The notes under the pieces: generated by a model | Databases searched by the model: none | What the model was told of the DNA's origin: nothing | What the model saw: the letters and a program-made list of their open reading frames with translations, nothing else | Translations under genes and position numbers: made by a program | Assembly (NCBI RefSeq): GCF_009834535.1 | Contig: NC_045696.1 | Coordinates: 14,634,001-14,698,000, forward strand | Origin: Camelus ferus | Lineage: Eukaryota | Reading direction: 5' to 3' | DNA: 64,000 nucleotides | Shown: in pieces, positions 1 through 13,299 of the stretch | How the letters are laid out: each line of letters starts with the position of its first letter | How positions within the stretch are numbered: position 1 is the first letter of the stretch

Positions 1-2479
1 TTTGAGAATAGTTTCAGCTCCTGTGTTAAATTATTGAAATGAGTACAAAGTTGAACTGCCCTGAGGTCATATTTAAGCAGTTCACTAAGTCAACATTATA
101 TAAATCTTTGTTTATTCTTCTGATTCTCAAAGATTAGGCTTAATGTCAACATTAAAAATTAACAGGAAGAATGTATCCAAATGCTAGAGGAAGTGTTTAG
201 GAGTAAGTGAGATAACAGTATACAGGAAGGGAAGGAGGTGAGGAAGGAAAAAGTCAAATTCAAAATGGAAACGACAAACAATTTACATTTCCCGACCTCA
301 TACTTAAATGCAGACTTATTAGCTATTCATTAACCTCTAGTCAACCTATGAGAATGTCCTGTGGATTTTAAAGTTTCAATATCTAAGATATAGTTAGAGC
401 TTTAAGGAAAAAGCCAAAACCAAACTCTTCACCTAGCCATTATAAATTAATGTAATTTCAACCTTTTGAGTTAATATACAATAGCGATTTAGCAAGTAGC
501 AAATGGATTACATGAAAAATACATTCAAACCTGCATAAACTTAAGTTGGCTTTCGAAAAACAATTTTAATTTCTTCTGCTTCATGGAAAGACTGAGTGTA
601 ATTTCTTTTGACTCACTTAATCTTTTTTAAAAAAAACCTGGTTTATATGCACACAGTTATGTTCAACTAGTTATCCTCATGATTATTAATTTCCACAATG
701 TCTGCACACTGTTTCAATGGCAGTAGAAAGGAATATACAATTAGAGATATTTTCAGTTCACCAATTGGTAAAGTATCTCATTGGATGATAAAATAGTCCA
801 GACAACATCTAATGCACTACATTCCCAACCCATGGAAGATTTTAATGATTAAGAAAAAGTACAGCTTGTGTCTTACTAACTAAACTGCAAGGGTCTTGAA
901 ACTGGAAATTGGGTCTTAGCAAGGTCTATATCCCTTGATACCTATCGGCCTGACTCAGAGCACTATTTATTGAATTGGATAAAATCTTGATAAGTTCAGC
1001 TTTGGGAAAATATCATTAGCTCATTAAATTCATAACCCAGGAGAACATTTGCTTCTATAAAAAAATTAACTGAGGTAGAGTACTTGTCTTTCACCATCAG
1101 GCACTAGCATTCAGGTACAGAAAATGCAAGATTAGAAAGGATATAGTCATTTGAAATGACAGCGCTGGAATTTCAAATGGCATGGCTAGCTTCAGAATTG
1201 GCTTGAAAACATATACAGAGCCTCAGAAATGATTGATTTCTCAAATATTTTTAGATTCAACCCTGTTTGATTAAGAGAGCCTCAACTGAATTATAGTAGC
1301 ATTAATGATTTTAAGATGTTTTATACAATGGAGTTACTTTTGCTAGATTCTATGCGGTGGAAGATTAGGGGCAGGGTTGTAAATATGTTCGATTTCCATG
1401 GATCTTCCAAAGCCTGGCTAAAGAAAAATCTGTCTACTCAACTTCCTTTTCTTTCTGGCAAAAAGTTGTTTTTTTACTAATTATCCCCAGCTGTACCAGA
1501 TTCTGTATTTCTTATTTTTAACTTAACATGGTCCTACATCTGTGTACTTCTTATATGGAATATTGAGTCTTAAAATGGGAAATCCTTTGGGAGGGGGTGA
1601 GGACAATTATGATTGTCTAAAAAGAAAAGAAATATGAAAACGTGAACCTGAACAATAGTCCTTTCTAGTCTTCCTATCCATTGCCAGTCAACTACTTAAA
1701 ACTATTTTATTGGTATTTATCTACGATAGCAATGGAGGCTATACTCTTTTTGAATGTCGAGAATTTTTATACAATTCAATTTTTTTAATCACATATTTTT
1801 CTTCCTCTTAATTTTCTTTCAGAAGAAGTCAGTGTGTCAATCCACAATTTTAAATGCAACAACTACAGATTTTGCCTACAGTATTCAAGGTTCGTCAGAG
1901 GATTCTTGACATTCCCTGGTGAAGGATGGCAGTAAAATTGCAATACATAAGACTTTGGTGCTTATTACTTTACAGGATTTGAGTGATGAGGCTAGAAACA
2001 CAGAAGAGGCACATAGCACTATTAGAGTTAAATTGGAGAGAGACTATCCCAGGAAAAAAACAACTATTTTTATATAAATATGGAAGCACAGAGTACTTTT
2101 ATTATGAATAAGAAAGCACATAGTAGACTGGGGAGAGTTTTACCCTATTCTGTACCTGCTCACTTTGTGTTTGCACAGGTTGACGTTATTTTCTTGCTTT
2201 TGTCACAACTTCATCATTTATGCTTCAGCAAAAACAACGAAGAAAAATTAACAGTCATCCCTTTGACTTTTAGCTGGTGCATTTCCTGGTAATTTCACAA
2301 GTTTGAAAATGACAATTTGGGTAAATGTTAAAACAATATGCATTTCCATAAGCTGTAATACAATTCTTTGTAAATGGCGAAAACACACTGACCTTTTAAT
2401 CAGAAAAACTTGCTAATTTGAAAACCACGAAACCCAGGCAACAGTTCCTTCTCCAAGATGCTTGACATGAACAATAATA

Positions 2480-4340
2480 AGGAAATTCAGTCACATTTGA
2501 TATTTTGCAGATGTTAGTGCAAAAATGATAGCTTTATTTTTGTAAATGTATCTTGAAAAGAACCACGTTGTTGAATTCTCTTGTTTTAAATGATCTGTCT
2601 CTAATTTCTGTGGGCTTTCTATGTAGATAAAAATATCTTTGGCCAAAGTGATAATGTTTACAAGTCTTTCACTTCCATTTTTTCTCCCACTGCTTTCTTT
2701 ATTGCATATAATATTTTATGTTAAAAAGTAACCAGTGATTGGTACATGCTGTTTTTTTGTTTTTTTATATTACTGCATTTTCTCTATTATATGAAATACT
2801 TGCTGTAGTTCTACTGATTAATGATTCTACATTGGTAGAACTTTGTAGTGTTGATCAGTTTTTGTATTGTTGGGATAATTTTTACCTAAGCTTGATTTTT
2901 TTAAACAAATGTCATCGTTTTAAATTATCTAATATTCCATTTGGGATTTTGCACTTACATTCTTAAATGAATTTTATCTTACATTTCATTTGCCAGTTTA
3001 AAAACAGAGTTATACTGTCTTCTTTGAAAGTAAAAGCTGGACAGAATTTATGATTTGTACAATAGAAGAATTAATTATTGTTTGAAATTCTGTAGAGCTC
3101 AAGAGTAAAACCATCTTGGGTTTTGGTAGGGAAGGAGAAATTAATTTGTTTTTTAATTATTATTTAAAATTCTTTGATTCTGTTTGTTCACTCAAGCTTT
3201 CAAGTTTTCGGTGCCATTTTGTCATTTTATAATCTAGAAATGTGTTTATTTCTTCCAGGCTTTCAAATATATTACTCTATTTTTCAGCACCATGTCTTTT
3301 TATTACATTTTAAACTTTGTATTGTTTAGTAAATTACCTCTTACATTCTGTAGTTTTACTTGTATATTCTCTCTTATTTTTTCTTAATCATGTTGCCAGA
3401 ACTGATTTTATTAATTTCTTTAAATACTTATGTTTATAATTTTTAGTCAATTACTATTGCATTTTTTATTTCTGTCCCTTTCCTTATTATTTTCCTTTCT
3501 GCTTTTAAAAGCTCTTGCCTTTCTTTGCTGTTTTTTTTTTAATTTAGTTTGAATGTTTAGCTAATTTAGATTACACTGACTTTTAAGTGACAATTTGGCT
3601 ACACATAAAATTTAGATTTAACATTCTTTTCCTTCAACGTGGGAAAATACTACATTATTGACTGTATAGATTTTGATTTCTTGTAAGAAGTGTGTTGTTT
3701 ATCTGATTCTTCTACCTTTATTAGTGGTTTGGTTTTTTTTTTGTTGTTGTTATTTTGGTAAGCTGTAAATTTTTCTTTTGATTTATGTTCTTAAATTTCT
3801 TTACATATTCAGTATGGGCTTTTACCTTACCCTCTCAGCAATCTATGATGTCTTTCAACCTGCAGTCTTTCCTTTTCCTTTAATTCCGGAATGTGATATT
3901 ATTTCCTAAAATATTTTCCTCTTCCAGTGACTTTCCCCTCAGCTCTCTGGTACCCTATTACTAAGATATTGGCATGTCTACTACTATCTGCAACCTCTGT
4001 TACTTTTTTTTTGGTATGGTTTCTTTTTCTTTATCCTCTCTCTATCTTTCGGGGAGAGTTTCACTATCTGATATTCCAGTGCACTAGTTTATTAAGCTGC
4101 ATACGTCCTGCTACTTATTCCATTTACTGAGTTTTTATTCAAATGCTTGTTTAACTCATATCTAATATGTCAACTTTTACTTTTTTACAAGTTCTTGTGC
4201 TTGATTCATTATTGTCAACATTTTTCATTGTCTCTTGAGAATAGGTTATATCTTGTAGAGAAAGTTTGGACCATAGTTCTTTCAATAGTTCTGCCTTTGG
4301 TGGTGTAGGGTGTACAGTTTTGTATACTTTCTTTTATAGT
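2480..4340 (-). mobile_element. Highly decayed ancient L1/HAL1-type LINE fragments
   Basis: Long T-rich tract with L1-antisense-like phrases (e.g. gtaaaaccatcttggg, tttatttcttccaggctttcaaat, attctttttccttcaac). Boundaries approximate. Confidence 0.55.
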
Positions 4341-4343
4341 GAT

Positions 4344-4563
4344 CAGGAATTGGCAAGTTATAGTTTATAGGCCCATATTGGACCACCACCTGCATTTATA
4401 AATAAAGCTTTGTTGGAACACACCGACACCTATTTGTTTTTCTATCATCTGTAGCTAATTTCACACACAACAGAGTTGAGTAGTTGGAACAGAGACCATA
4501 TGGCCTGCAAGGTCTAATATATTTACTATTTGTCCCTTTAGGGAAAGAGTTTGCTGAGATCAA
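4344..4563. mobile_element. MER58A-like hAT-Charlie MITE
   Basis: caggaattggcaag...tttataaataaagctttgttggaacac...gagttgagtagttggaacagagaccatatggcctgcaaggtctaatatatttactatttgtccctttagggaaagagtttgctga matches the recalled MER58A consensus along its length. Confidence 0.85.
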
Positions 4564-5569
4564 TCCAGTTAATTTCACCTTTGAGCTCATCTCTCCGGGG
4601 GTGGGATTAGCTACCCTGTCTGTTAAAGTGTATTGGGGAAGATAGGAAGTCTGGCTCTACCCGTTTCCCTTGCTCTTTTTTAGGTGGTGTTCTAGAAAAC
4701 AACCCCCACATAAAAATTTAAAAATCTTCTGTCAGCTTCCTGAGACTGCCCTGAGAGAGGAAGATGTCTCCTTTTTTGGTTTGTTTCTTTGCTTTGTTTG
4801 TTTGTTTCCTCTGTTATCCTTGAGATGCAAAGAGTGCTGGGATTAAGAGGAAAAAAAAATTATAGAAGAGAAACCATTCAGTTTAGTATGGTTTCTATAA
4901 GCTCCTTACAGCACTAATGTCTTTATACATTTATAAATTTTACTCAGTAACACTGGGGAGCCTGGCATCTTGCAGAGATTCCCATCCTTCTCAAGGCAAC
5001 TTCAAGAGAAAAGAACACGACTCCAAAGCTCCTATCCAGTTTTCCCTCCAACTACTATGATTGCAAACCCGTTTACCTACACTGCTGACACCCCCTCTCC
5101 TAACCCAACTCCTGTCACCTTCCACACATATATATATATCAGCCTATGATAGTTTCAATTTCCCAGATGGTATCATATTTTTTTTGTTTTTTTTAAATTC
5201 CAGGAATTCATGCTTCACTTTCGCTCACAAATACAAAGCTTATTATATTTTGGGTGTGGGGAATGCAATTCAGGTGTAATCCCATATTAAGAGTATTCAG
5301 GTATAAACCTATGTCATCTATTAGCAAGCTTCAGCTAAGAATGAGAAGGTTTTTCTTTAGTTTAACTGGTTAACCACGGAGAACTCCCAGAGTCTCAAAA
5401 ATGCAATGCTAGTTAATAACGTGAGCTCTCTGTGTTCCCCAGGAACGGATGCCAGCCTCCATTAAAATATTTTGGTTTATAGCTTTCCTCTGAATGGAAG
5501 TTGAGGGTTGCCAGTTACTCTTAGCACACTGTTACCCTAGATAATGTGGTCACCCACACTATACAGTAA

Positions 5570-6270
5570 CTATTGCAAAGTTATTCATTCTCCTCAGATT
5601 CTCCACCTCAGGCTCTTTCCTTTCACCCTCCACTGCACAGATGGTTGTGATACTTACCGCAGAGAAAGGAGAACCCATTCGAGCATCCTGCTAATGACTT
5701 TCCCATCAGCATACATACTTCAGAATGTCTTGTCTCAACTCCATACTGGTAACAGTCAGTTGCTATCTTACATACACTTCTATGTTCCAAAGGCTGGTTT
5801 GACTTAGTCCACCCAAAATCATAATCATGATCTTCAATGTTAAACCAAATTCTCCTGATTCTCCCTTTGCGTTTCCACTCTTACTATATAGCACAGTCAC
5901 CCATCCAACGGCTGAGGTTAGAAATCTGGGTGTCCATAAAACACTCTGATTTACACTCATCAATAATTCTGACATTTTTTTCCTGTCAATCCCTCTGGAA
6001 TCTATTTATTTATCTCCTTCTCTATTGCCACCATCTAGCTCAAGCAATAAAATTCTGTCACCTATACTGATGTGACAGCCTCTGAATTGGCCTCACCGTT
6101 GATATTTCTACCTTTTCCAATCTCTTCTTCATACTCCAGTCAAACAGGTTGATCCTTTAAAGACTGAGAGTATGATTGTGTTACTATTTAAGTTGCAACA
6201 TTCTTTAGGACAAACCACATAATCCTTAATAAGGTCCATTAGGCTCTACGTTTCATGACCTCTGCTGATA
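5570..6270 (+). mobile_element. L2 LINE fragment
   Basis: CT-rich L2-type phrases: caccatccaacggctgaggttagaaatctgggtgtc, tattgccaccatctagctcaagc, tgacagcctctgaattggcctc. Confidence 0.65.
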
Positions 6271-6289
6271 CCCAGCTACACTGAAGGAA

Positions 6290-6435
6290 GCATTTCTGTT
6301 GCATCCCATTTTACAAATGAGGACCAAAAACTCAGAGAGGTGAAGAAATCTACTTAAGCTTGCCAAACATGCTGTGATGTCTAGATCTTCGAGACAAACT
6401 CTATCATCTTCATCTTCAATACTGCTCTTAAATAT
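6290..6435 (-). mobile_element. MIR SINE
   Basis: MIR core in antisense: cccattttacaaatgagg...actcagagaggtgaagaaatc. Confidence 0.7.
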
Positions 6436-8789
6436 TACACTATGTTCATCTAAAACGCAGGAATTAAATAACTGTATACCTGTTAAGAATCAAAATTTAA
6501 ATATTAATGCTATTATCTTAATTTGCTTCCTGAAGACTCCTACTATCTTGTCAGTGCAACATTCAGCACTTTTCTGATTTAAACCATAAATTTGCCTACT
6601 GTACCTTATGGTGTTTTCTTGCTTGGGTGAGGCATGGCTGGTAGTCGATACCTGAGAGACATCTTATTGATGGTGATGGTGTGGATTAAGTGAGCAAAAC
6701 TATAGTATTCTGCTTCTTGTTTTATATCAACCACTGTAAAATCTTACATTTTTTAATCAATGCTCTGAATAATGTGAAATATATTTTCTTCAATCATTAA
6801 ATTGATGTACTGTTTTATCAAAGGAGATTGATTTTACATTCATTTTAAGTAAATAATAAAATAGAAATCTGTGTACACTATAATTAGTATTTGGGTAATT
6901 ATTTATTACAGTTTTTGTATTATTACTGAGACAATATATGTCCAACTAAACAGATGAATTAAAAGTTTAAACTCTTTAGGTTTGACTAAAGTACAAGAAA
7001 AGTTTGGCATATTACTTTATTTTCCTTAAAATGATAAAGTCATTTACATTTCGACTTGTGCTTTTGTGTGAGTACTTAATTTCTTAAAAAATTACTTTTT
7101 AGAGTCAAGTTCAAATAATCAAGACACTGTCAAAGCATCAATTTTCTTTTCTTGACCAGTGCTAAGCCCTAGTGATGCTTTAGTTTAAATGGGTTCAAAT
7201 TTCAAAGTCCATTAACATTAAGTCAAATTTTCATCTCATATATTCAAATTGAAGCAGCACCTTGACTTACACTTCATATTTATAGCCATGATGTAAATAT
7301 TATCAACAGGTATTGATAATGAATTTCTAAATTTTATATAAGAACAATACTACTGAGATAATCAGTAAATATATTGCTTTACTTAGAGATTCTACTTCTG
7401 TAATTATTTTCCTTAGTAGTGTAAGATCTTGTTGTCCCTCTAGATCTTTAGTCAGGACCCAAACTCAATTCAGTACAAGTGAAATGGACATTAACTATCA
7501 TTTTAGCATCCCAACACCATAAACTACATGAGTAAGCACTTCATATTTGTATTAATAATTTGTATATCTTATATACTTTAAAATATATCTGATGTAAGAA
7601 TACAATGAAGGAAGCCATTTGCTAGAATCAGAAATGTTAAAGGAGGAAGGAGAAGACCAACATTGTCATTCCTTAAAGAAGTCCCTGCTCTCTTCTGGTG
7701 TAGCTGACTCTCACACCAATGTTTGGCACAAGGGAAAAAAAAAATGCAAGACCAGGTTTGACTTTGGCATTTGCCCCATTCTATTCACTCAAGTCACTGG
7801 AAAGCAGTCATTAAGCGGGGTTTCCTCTTTCCTTGGTCTTCTCTCTTCAAGAGCTCATAGGATCATCAGACAGAGAAGCTGGCCAGAGTGCTGTATATTG
7901 TGTTCCACTGGATTTTGTAACTGTCTGTTTTGCTACATATCCAACTGAGCAGCTGTTGTCCTCTTAGGATAGGTTGTTTTGTGAATTATCAATCAACCAA
8001 AGAAGTCTCTGTCTTCTCCCTCCCTTCCCCTGTCTTCTTTCTCCATTCCTCCCTGCACCCCCACCTCTCTCTCCCTTTCTCTCATACATATTCTTAAATT
8101 AAACCCAAAGTTGTCCTTACTTTGAGTTGCTTTTCCTATTCTGCTCTTTTTTCAAAAAATAATAGCGAGGCTTATCTCTCAATGGTAGGATTTTCCCTTT
8201 TAAAAATGCACTCCTATTTTTCAAAATTACTTCACTAAGTATATTTTGTAATTAAAAAACAATATTACCAGACAATTTCTGGTGTTGATGAGGTTAAAGT
8301 AAAATGTGCGCAATCATATACTGCTGATGGGAATCATTCCAAAAGATCCTTAGTAACAGAGACCACAGCCACCGCGTGAGACTCGAATTACTTGCTTGGG
8401 CAAGTCTCAGTCACTGTGTTCATTTCAGCTTTAGAGTTAGAAATACCACGTGCCAATGCATGAAAATGTGTCGGTGGGTACACACATTTATTAGAAGAAA
8501 ATTGATATATTAAATAAGAACATCAAAGAGAATATTTTAATAAAAGCACAGTAGGAACAGAGACTTGAGCTTGTACACTTTGCAGCTTAAGGAAACATAA
8601 TAAGCTTGCTGATGTCCCCCAGTTAATGAACTTTAAGAGCTTAGTTTTAGGCTGCATTAAAGATATATTTCTTATATTTGTGATACTTTGAACTCATTTT
8701 AACATGGCTCTCTTTACCCCAAATGTTGATATTTAGAAACAAAATTTTAATATAGTAGAAAAAGAATCTTATAAGAAATGGCAAAATTC

Positions 8790-9730
8790 TGCTAGCAAAA
8801 ACAGAAAAAGTACACATAACTCCACCATTTAGATAATATAACCTAAAATTTGGAGAGTATTTCTCACCAGTCTTTCTATAAATAAATACATAATATGTCT
8901 ATAAATTATGTAAATATACTTATATATTATCAATTGGTACATGTGACTATTTGTAAACGCTTTGCTGTTATTCTACACCTGTGTCATTAAATATTCTTCT
9001 AATGCATGAATTCTCATGTCTGTACACATTGTATTTTACAAATATTCCATGATTTATTTCACCATTTCTCTATTACTGAAAATTAAAATTATTGGAAAAA
9101 ATGTGTTTGTGGAGAAAGAGAACAGATTAGTGGTTGCCGGAGGTGGGTTCGGGGAGTGGTTGTGAAATGAGTGAAAGGTTTCAAAATGTACACATTTCCA
9201 GTTATAAAGTAAATGTCTGGGGAATGTAATATACAGCAAGGTGACTATAGTTAATAATGCTCTATTGCATATTTGAATGTTGCTAACAGAGTAAATCTTA
9301 AATTCTCATCACATGAAAAAGAATTTGTAACTATGTATGGAGATGCATATTAACCAGACTTATGGTGGTGATCATTTTGCAATATTTAAAAATATTAAAT
9401 TATTATGTCATACACCTGAAACTAATATATTATTTCAATTCCACCTCAATTAAAAAATTTAAGATTATGGATTATAGTAATGTTTTGCTATTATACATGT
9501 AATAAACTATGTCAATAAATACTCACATTTCTTTCTGATAATGTCTTTAATATGAATTGGTAGACATGAAAAGCTGGATTAAATGGTGTAAATATTTTAA
9601 GCCTTTTGAAATGGGCTGTCAAACTATTATGATTAATACATATTATTTCATATTCTTACAACATACATATAAACATATTGTTTTAGCATCAATATGTATA
9701 CACAACACTTTATTTTCTTACCTATTTCTA
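8790..9730 (-). mobile_element. Old L1ME-type 3' fragment, split by the younger L1 at 9105-9457
   Basis: Antisense L1 3'-region phrases on both sides of the insertion (ttttgctattatacatgtaataaactatg, gctggattaaatggtgtaaatatttt). Confidence 0.5.
9105..9457 (+). mobile_element. 5'-truncated L1 3' end (L1MA9-like)
   Basis: gagaacagattagtggttgcc...ttccagttataaagtaaatgtctggggaatgtaatatacagc...gtgactatagttaataat...gtggtgatcattttgcaatat...tacacctgaaactaatata...ctcaattaaaaaa, ending in an A-tail. Confidence 0.88.
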
Positions 9731-10544
9731 AATCTGGTTCAGAAGTGTAGGTCGGGCTCAGACATGCCCAGGCAGGCCAGGGGAGTTTCACATGGCTGCT
9801 TTGGCTCCCGCTTTGACTCCTTCTCCAAAATTCTCAAGATCTAGTAATCCCCTGGTCATGAACTCCATGGAAGATTATTACAAAGCTGTATGGCTAAAAA
9901 AGAATTCAGGTTAATTAGCTTTCGTTTTTCTTCTACCCATTGTGTGATGCTTTAAAGAGTCTGCTGCTTTAATTTAAAATCTCTTACAAGAGCAACTGAG
10001 CATTTGCCATTTTTTTTTTATATCCTCCAACATTCTGATCCTTTCAACTCTGTCCAACATCTCTACACAGCACATGACTCCAGTTAAAAGCCTCCACTAA
10101 TGCTTGATGGCATTACTTTCACCACTGATTATATCAAAATAAATTGGAGGCTTCGTACCTTTACAAATGAGTTAAAGCTTAAAAATGTTGGCTTATTTGT
10201 CTCTCCACAGCTTTTCACTGTCATGAGTTATCTATCTTTGGAAGTAACCATGTGACTTATACACATATACCTTATAAGCACTTAATAATGACCTAGGTAG
10301 TCACTTCATTACCAAAGAAAGTAAAATTTCTAAAGTTAATTTAGCCTCTTACTATAAAGGGATCTAATTCTACACCAGTCCAACCGTTACCATTTCTCAC
10401 CAGGACAATGTCAAGTGCTCAAATGTTTCCTCCTTCTGTCATGGAGTGTGTGGCATGGTGGTGTGGTGGTGGGGGGGGGGTCCTTCACTATTTTAAATGC
10501 TCACATGACATGTCATTTTCGCCTGAAAATTTATTTACTTAACA

Positions 10545-11130
10545 TAATATAGCATTTTGGGAAAAGCAAAGTTTACTAAAGTCCTGTGAGCTGGCCTTGA
10601 GATAAGTTAAGGCCGTGGGACCCAAGGCCACGACTACAGAGCACATTTGTAGTATGCAGTAAATAATTGCTCCACGCATGCATCAATTATATAAGCTTTA
10701 GAACAAAGAAAATAGAAGTATGCATGTGCTAGAGATATTCTGTAAGCCTAATGAACAAAGAAACTCAGACCGCGCATGTGCTGACAGGAAAACACATGAA
10801 AGCAGGACAGGTGCATCATAGGCACGCACCTCCCTGTGGCAATAAAGTGTTGTTAACCCCAGGGTATCTCTGGCTGAAGTCTGTCCAGTGGTATGGCAAC
10901 TCCTCGTGCATTTTTTCATTTGGGCCGCTCACCTCCTAGAACCCCATGTCAGCCTCCCTCGGCTGACAAGTCCCCACTGTGACTAGCTGGTTACACAAGC
11001 CTGGAAAATTTATTTTAACCCTGTAATCCTTCATTTCTTCATTTGTGGAACAGGGATGATGATTTACTGGCCTTCTATAAATGTTACGGTAGATCAGATA
11101 CTAACATATTCAGGAAACCTGAAGTAGACA
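10545..11130 (+). mobile_element. MIR SINE interrupted by the LTR at 10585-10968
   Basis: MIR-like sequence resumes directly after the LTR TSD: ccactgtgactagctgg...ttaaccctgtaatccttcatttcttcatttgtggaacagggatgatg. Confidence 0.55.
10585..10968 (+). mobile_element. Solo LTR, 384 bp, 5-bp TSD (class III/ERVL-type by TSD length)
   Basis: TG (10585) and CA (10968) termini, perfect flanking AGTCC repeat (10580-10584 and 10969-10973), internal AATAAA near 10841. Confidence 0.85.
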
Positions 11131-11939
11131 AAAGTTGCTTTACATTTTTCATCATGATGTAAAAAACAGAGGAGTAATTGGTTATTCCCAGAGACTGGGA
11201 GGTGAAAAGCTTAGCAGCCTGCTACAAATTTCTAAGGTCTTGTGCTAATTTTTAAGTTAATGTCTCATTCTATTCCTCAATGTATGTATTATTCTCATAG
11301 GAATGTGATGCATTTCTTGCTCCCACTCTCCCACATCTTAAACAAAAATGGATGCTCCCAAAAAGGAGACCTCGTTTGCCTTATTTGAAAAGTACAGAAG
11401 TTCATGTAGGCCAACCATTATTATTATTTTATTTTGTGCAAGATTTGGCTTTCAAAGCCTAACCTTCACTTGCCTTGCCTCATTGCTGTTCACATGTTTC
11501 CATTAGATCAGAATGCCCACCACTCCCCACCATCCTATTCCACACTGCTGTCCACACAGTTCTCTGGGCATGGTCCTTACCTTGGGGAAATTCCTTTTCT
11601 TGGAATATTCCTAAGGAGCCCTGGAATATCTTGGATTAACATTTATATTAACTATTTCTCTTTCAAAATTGAAATATTCTTGTGGGATAAAATACATCAA
11701 TACAACTTTTTACATCTCAGCCTAAATTAAAATTTGAAGTTCACACACTTAAGAATAGTCTTTTTTTTTTCCTAGAGAACTTGACATTTTTCACCTAATG
11801 TGGTTTCTGAATGACGAAGGTTAAAAAAAAAAAATCCCAAAATGCAAAACAAAACAATAAACCCAAGAGGGCACAGACATTGACTGAGTGTGTGTACTAC
11901 ATGAGAGTCACTAGGAAAGGCAATCGTGTTCATTCACAT

Positions 11940-12995
11940 TGTGAACGAAAAATACTGCAAACCATATTGTTGCCAAAAGATCGGCCACTGTTCCTGATGA
12001 ATTAAATAACCCAGAGACAATGTCTTGGAGCTTAGAAGAACAGAGGTAATTTTATTGCTTTGCCGGGCAAAGGGAACTCAGAGCAGGCTAGTGCCTTCAA
12101 AACTGTGAACCCACCTTGGGAATGGGGTGGGGTGGTTATATAGCCAGAGCTCAAACAATAAAGCGTCCATAAGAAGCAACAGAATCATTTTCTCATCAGA
12201 AGACTTAGAATGGCGACATGATGCCTCCAGGCGACCAATTCTATAGAGGCCAGCAGTTAGATCTCTTTATCTCGTAAGCACTCTAGGTGTGGTCTTCTTG
12301 GTAATTCAGGCTATTTTGTAAGGTTACAGTCCTGTGAACTCCTTGGAGAAGGACTCAGAGAACAAGCATGATTATTACTTTCAATGACTGGAGTAAAGTA
12401 GACACAGTAAGATCAATAGCTTTAGTTTTAACAATGGGCCTGGAGCTGTGAGTAGCAACCAGTCAGTTGACCGTTAAGGGCAAGCATAAGAATAAGCAAT
12501 CTGTTAGCCCAAGTGTGGCCATTTTATTAATCCTCCTTCAATATGAGTAAACAAATAATGCTGAAACCATCAAGTCATCAGCGGCTGCCGCCACCCCCCA
12601 GTGAAGACAAGCCTGCAGCCCGGCCTCTGCAGCCACTCACAGTGGTGCACCCTGAGGGGACTCAGAATAAGAAAGGACAGGATACTGGCCTTAGATAGCT
12701 AGGTGCTTGTCAAAGGAATGAATTCAATGAGCCCAAATGTTTGCTTCCTCCCATACATAGAAAAGCACTAAATTCTTTAACTTGAGATGCCTGGTTTTCT
12801 TTAGATAACAAGTAATCTTTTACTGTTCCAACTACCTGATCTTTGTTGTAAAGCTCCTATATAGCCTAGCGCCTCCTTTACCTCTTCGGAGATGTCCCTC
12901 AGAGTGATCCGAGAGGCTGTCATCCCAGGTTTAGTACTCCTGCCAGATAAAACATAACTCTCTACTTTCAGGTTGCACATTTATTTCAGTCAACA
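11940..12995 (+). mobile_element. ERV1-type solo LTR, copy A (interrupted by LTR C)
   Basis: TGTGAACG...GTCAACA termini; flanks acat/atat (4-bp TSD, 1 mismatch); TATA-like cctatatagcc near 12858; aligns by eye end to end with the reverse complement of 13300-14422. Confidence 0.9.
11968..12540 (-). mobile_element. ERV1-type solo LTR C, nested in copy A
   Basis: Minus strand reads TGAAGGAGG...GGCAACA; perfect ATAT TSD (11964-11967 and 12541-12544); minus-strand TATATAA near 12140 and AATAAA at 12051-12056. Confidence 0.9.
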
Positions 12996-13299
12996 ATATC
13001 TATCCTTTAAACTCTCTGTCAAGTCAAGGAGATACATATAATCAGTAATCAATCAAAATACACAGACATTGTAAATATCAGAAGGATTAATTTGTCAGTC
13101 ATAGTGCTAAAGAAGATCAAGTAAAAACCTATTGAATTTCACTGAGTTAACCTAATTCTTCTATTCTTCTCTTTATTTTGATGAAATGATGAACGATCTG
13201 ACTGCTCTTCTTTATTACCAGTATCAGGTAGCATAGAAGAGGCACAGAGGGTGGTTAGTTAGGTTTTTCCCAGAACATATCCTATTGCAACTATGAGGC

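Noticed and set aside
10454..10480. G-rich run as a G-quadruplex regulatory element
   Set aside because: A short isolated GGT/poly-G tract with no promoter or CpG context.
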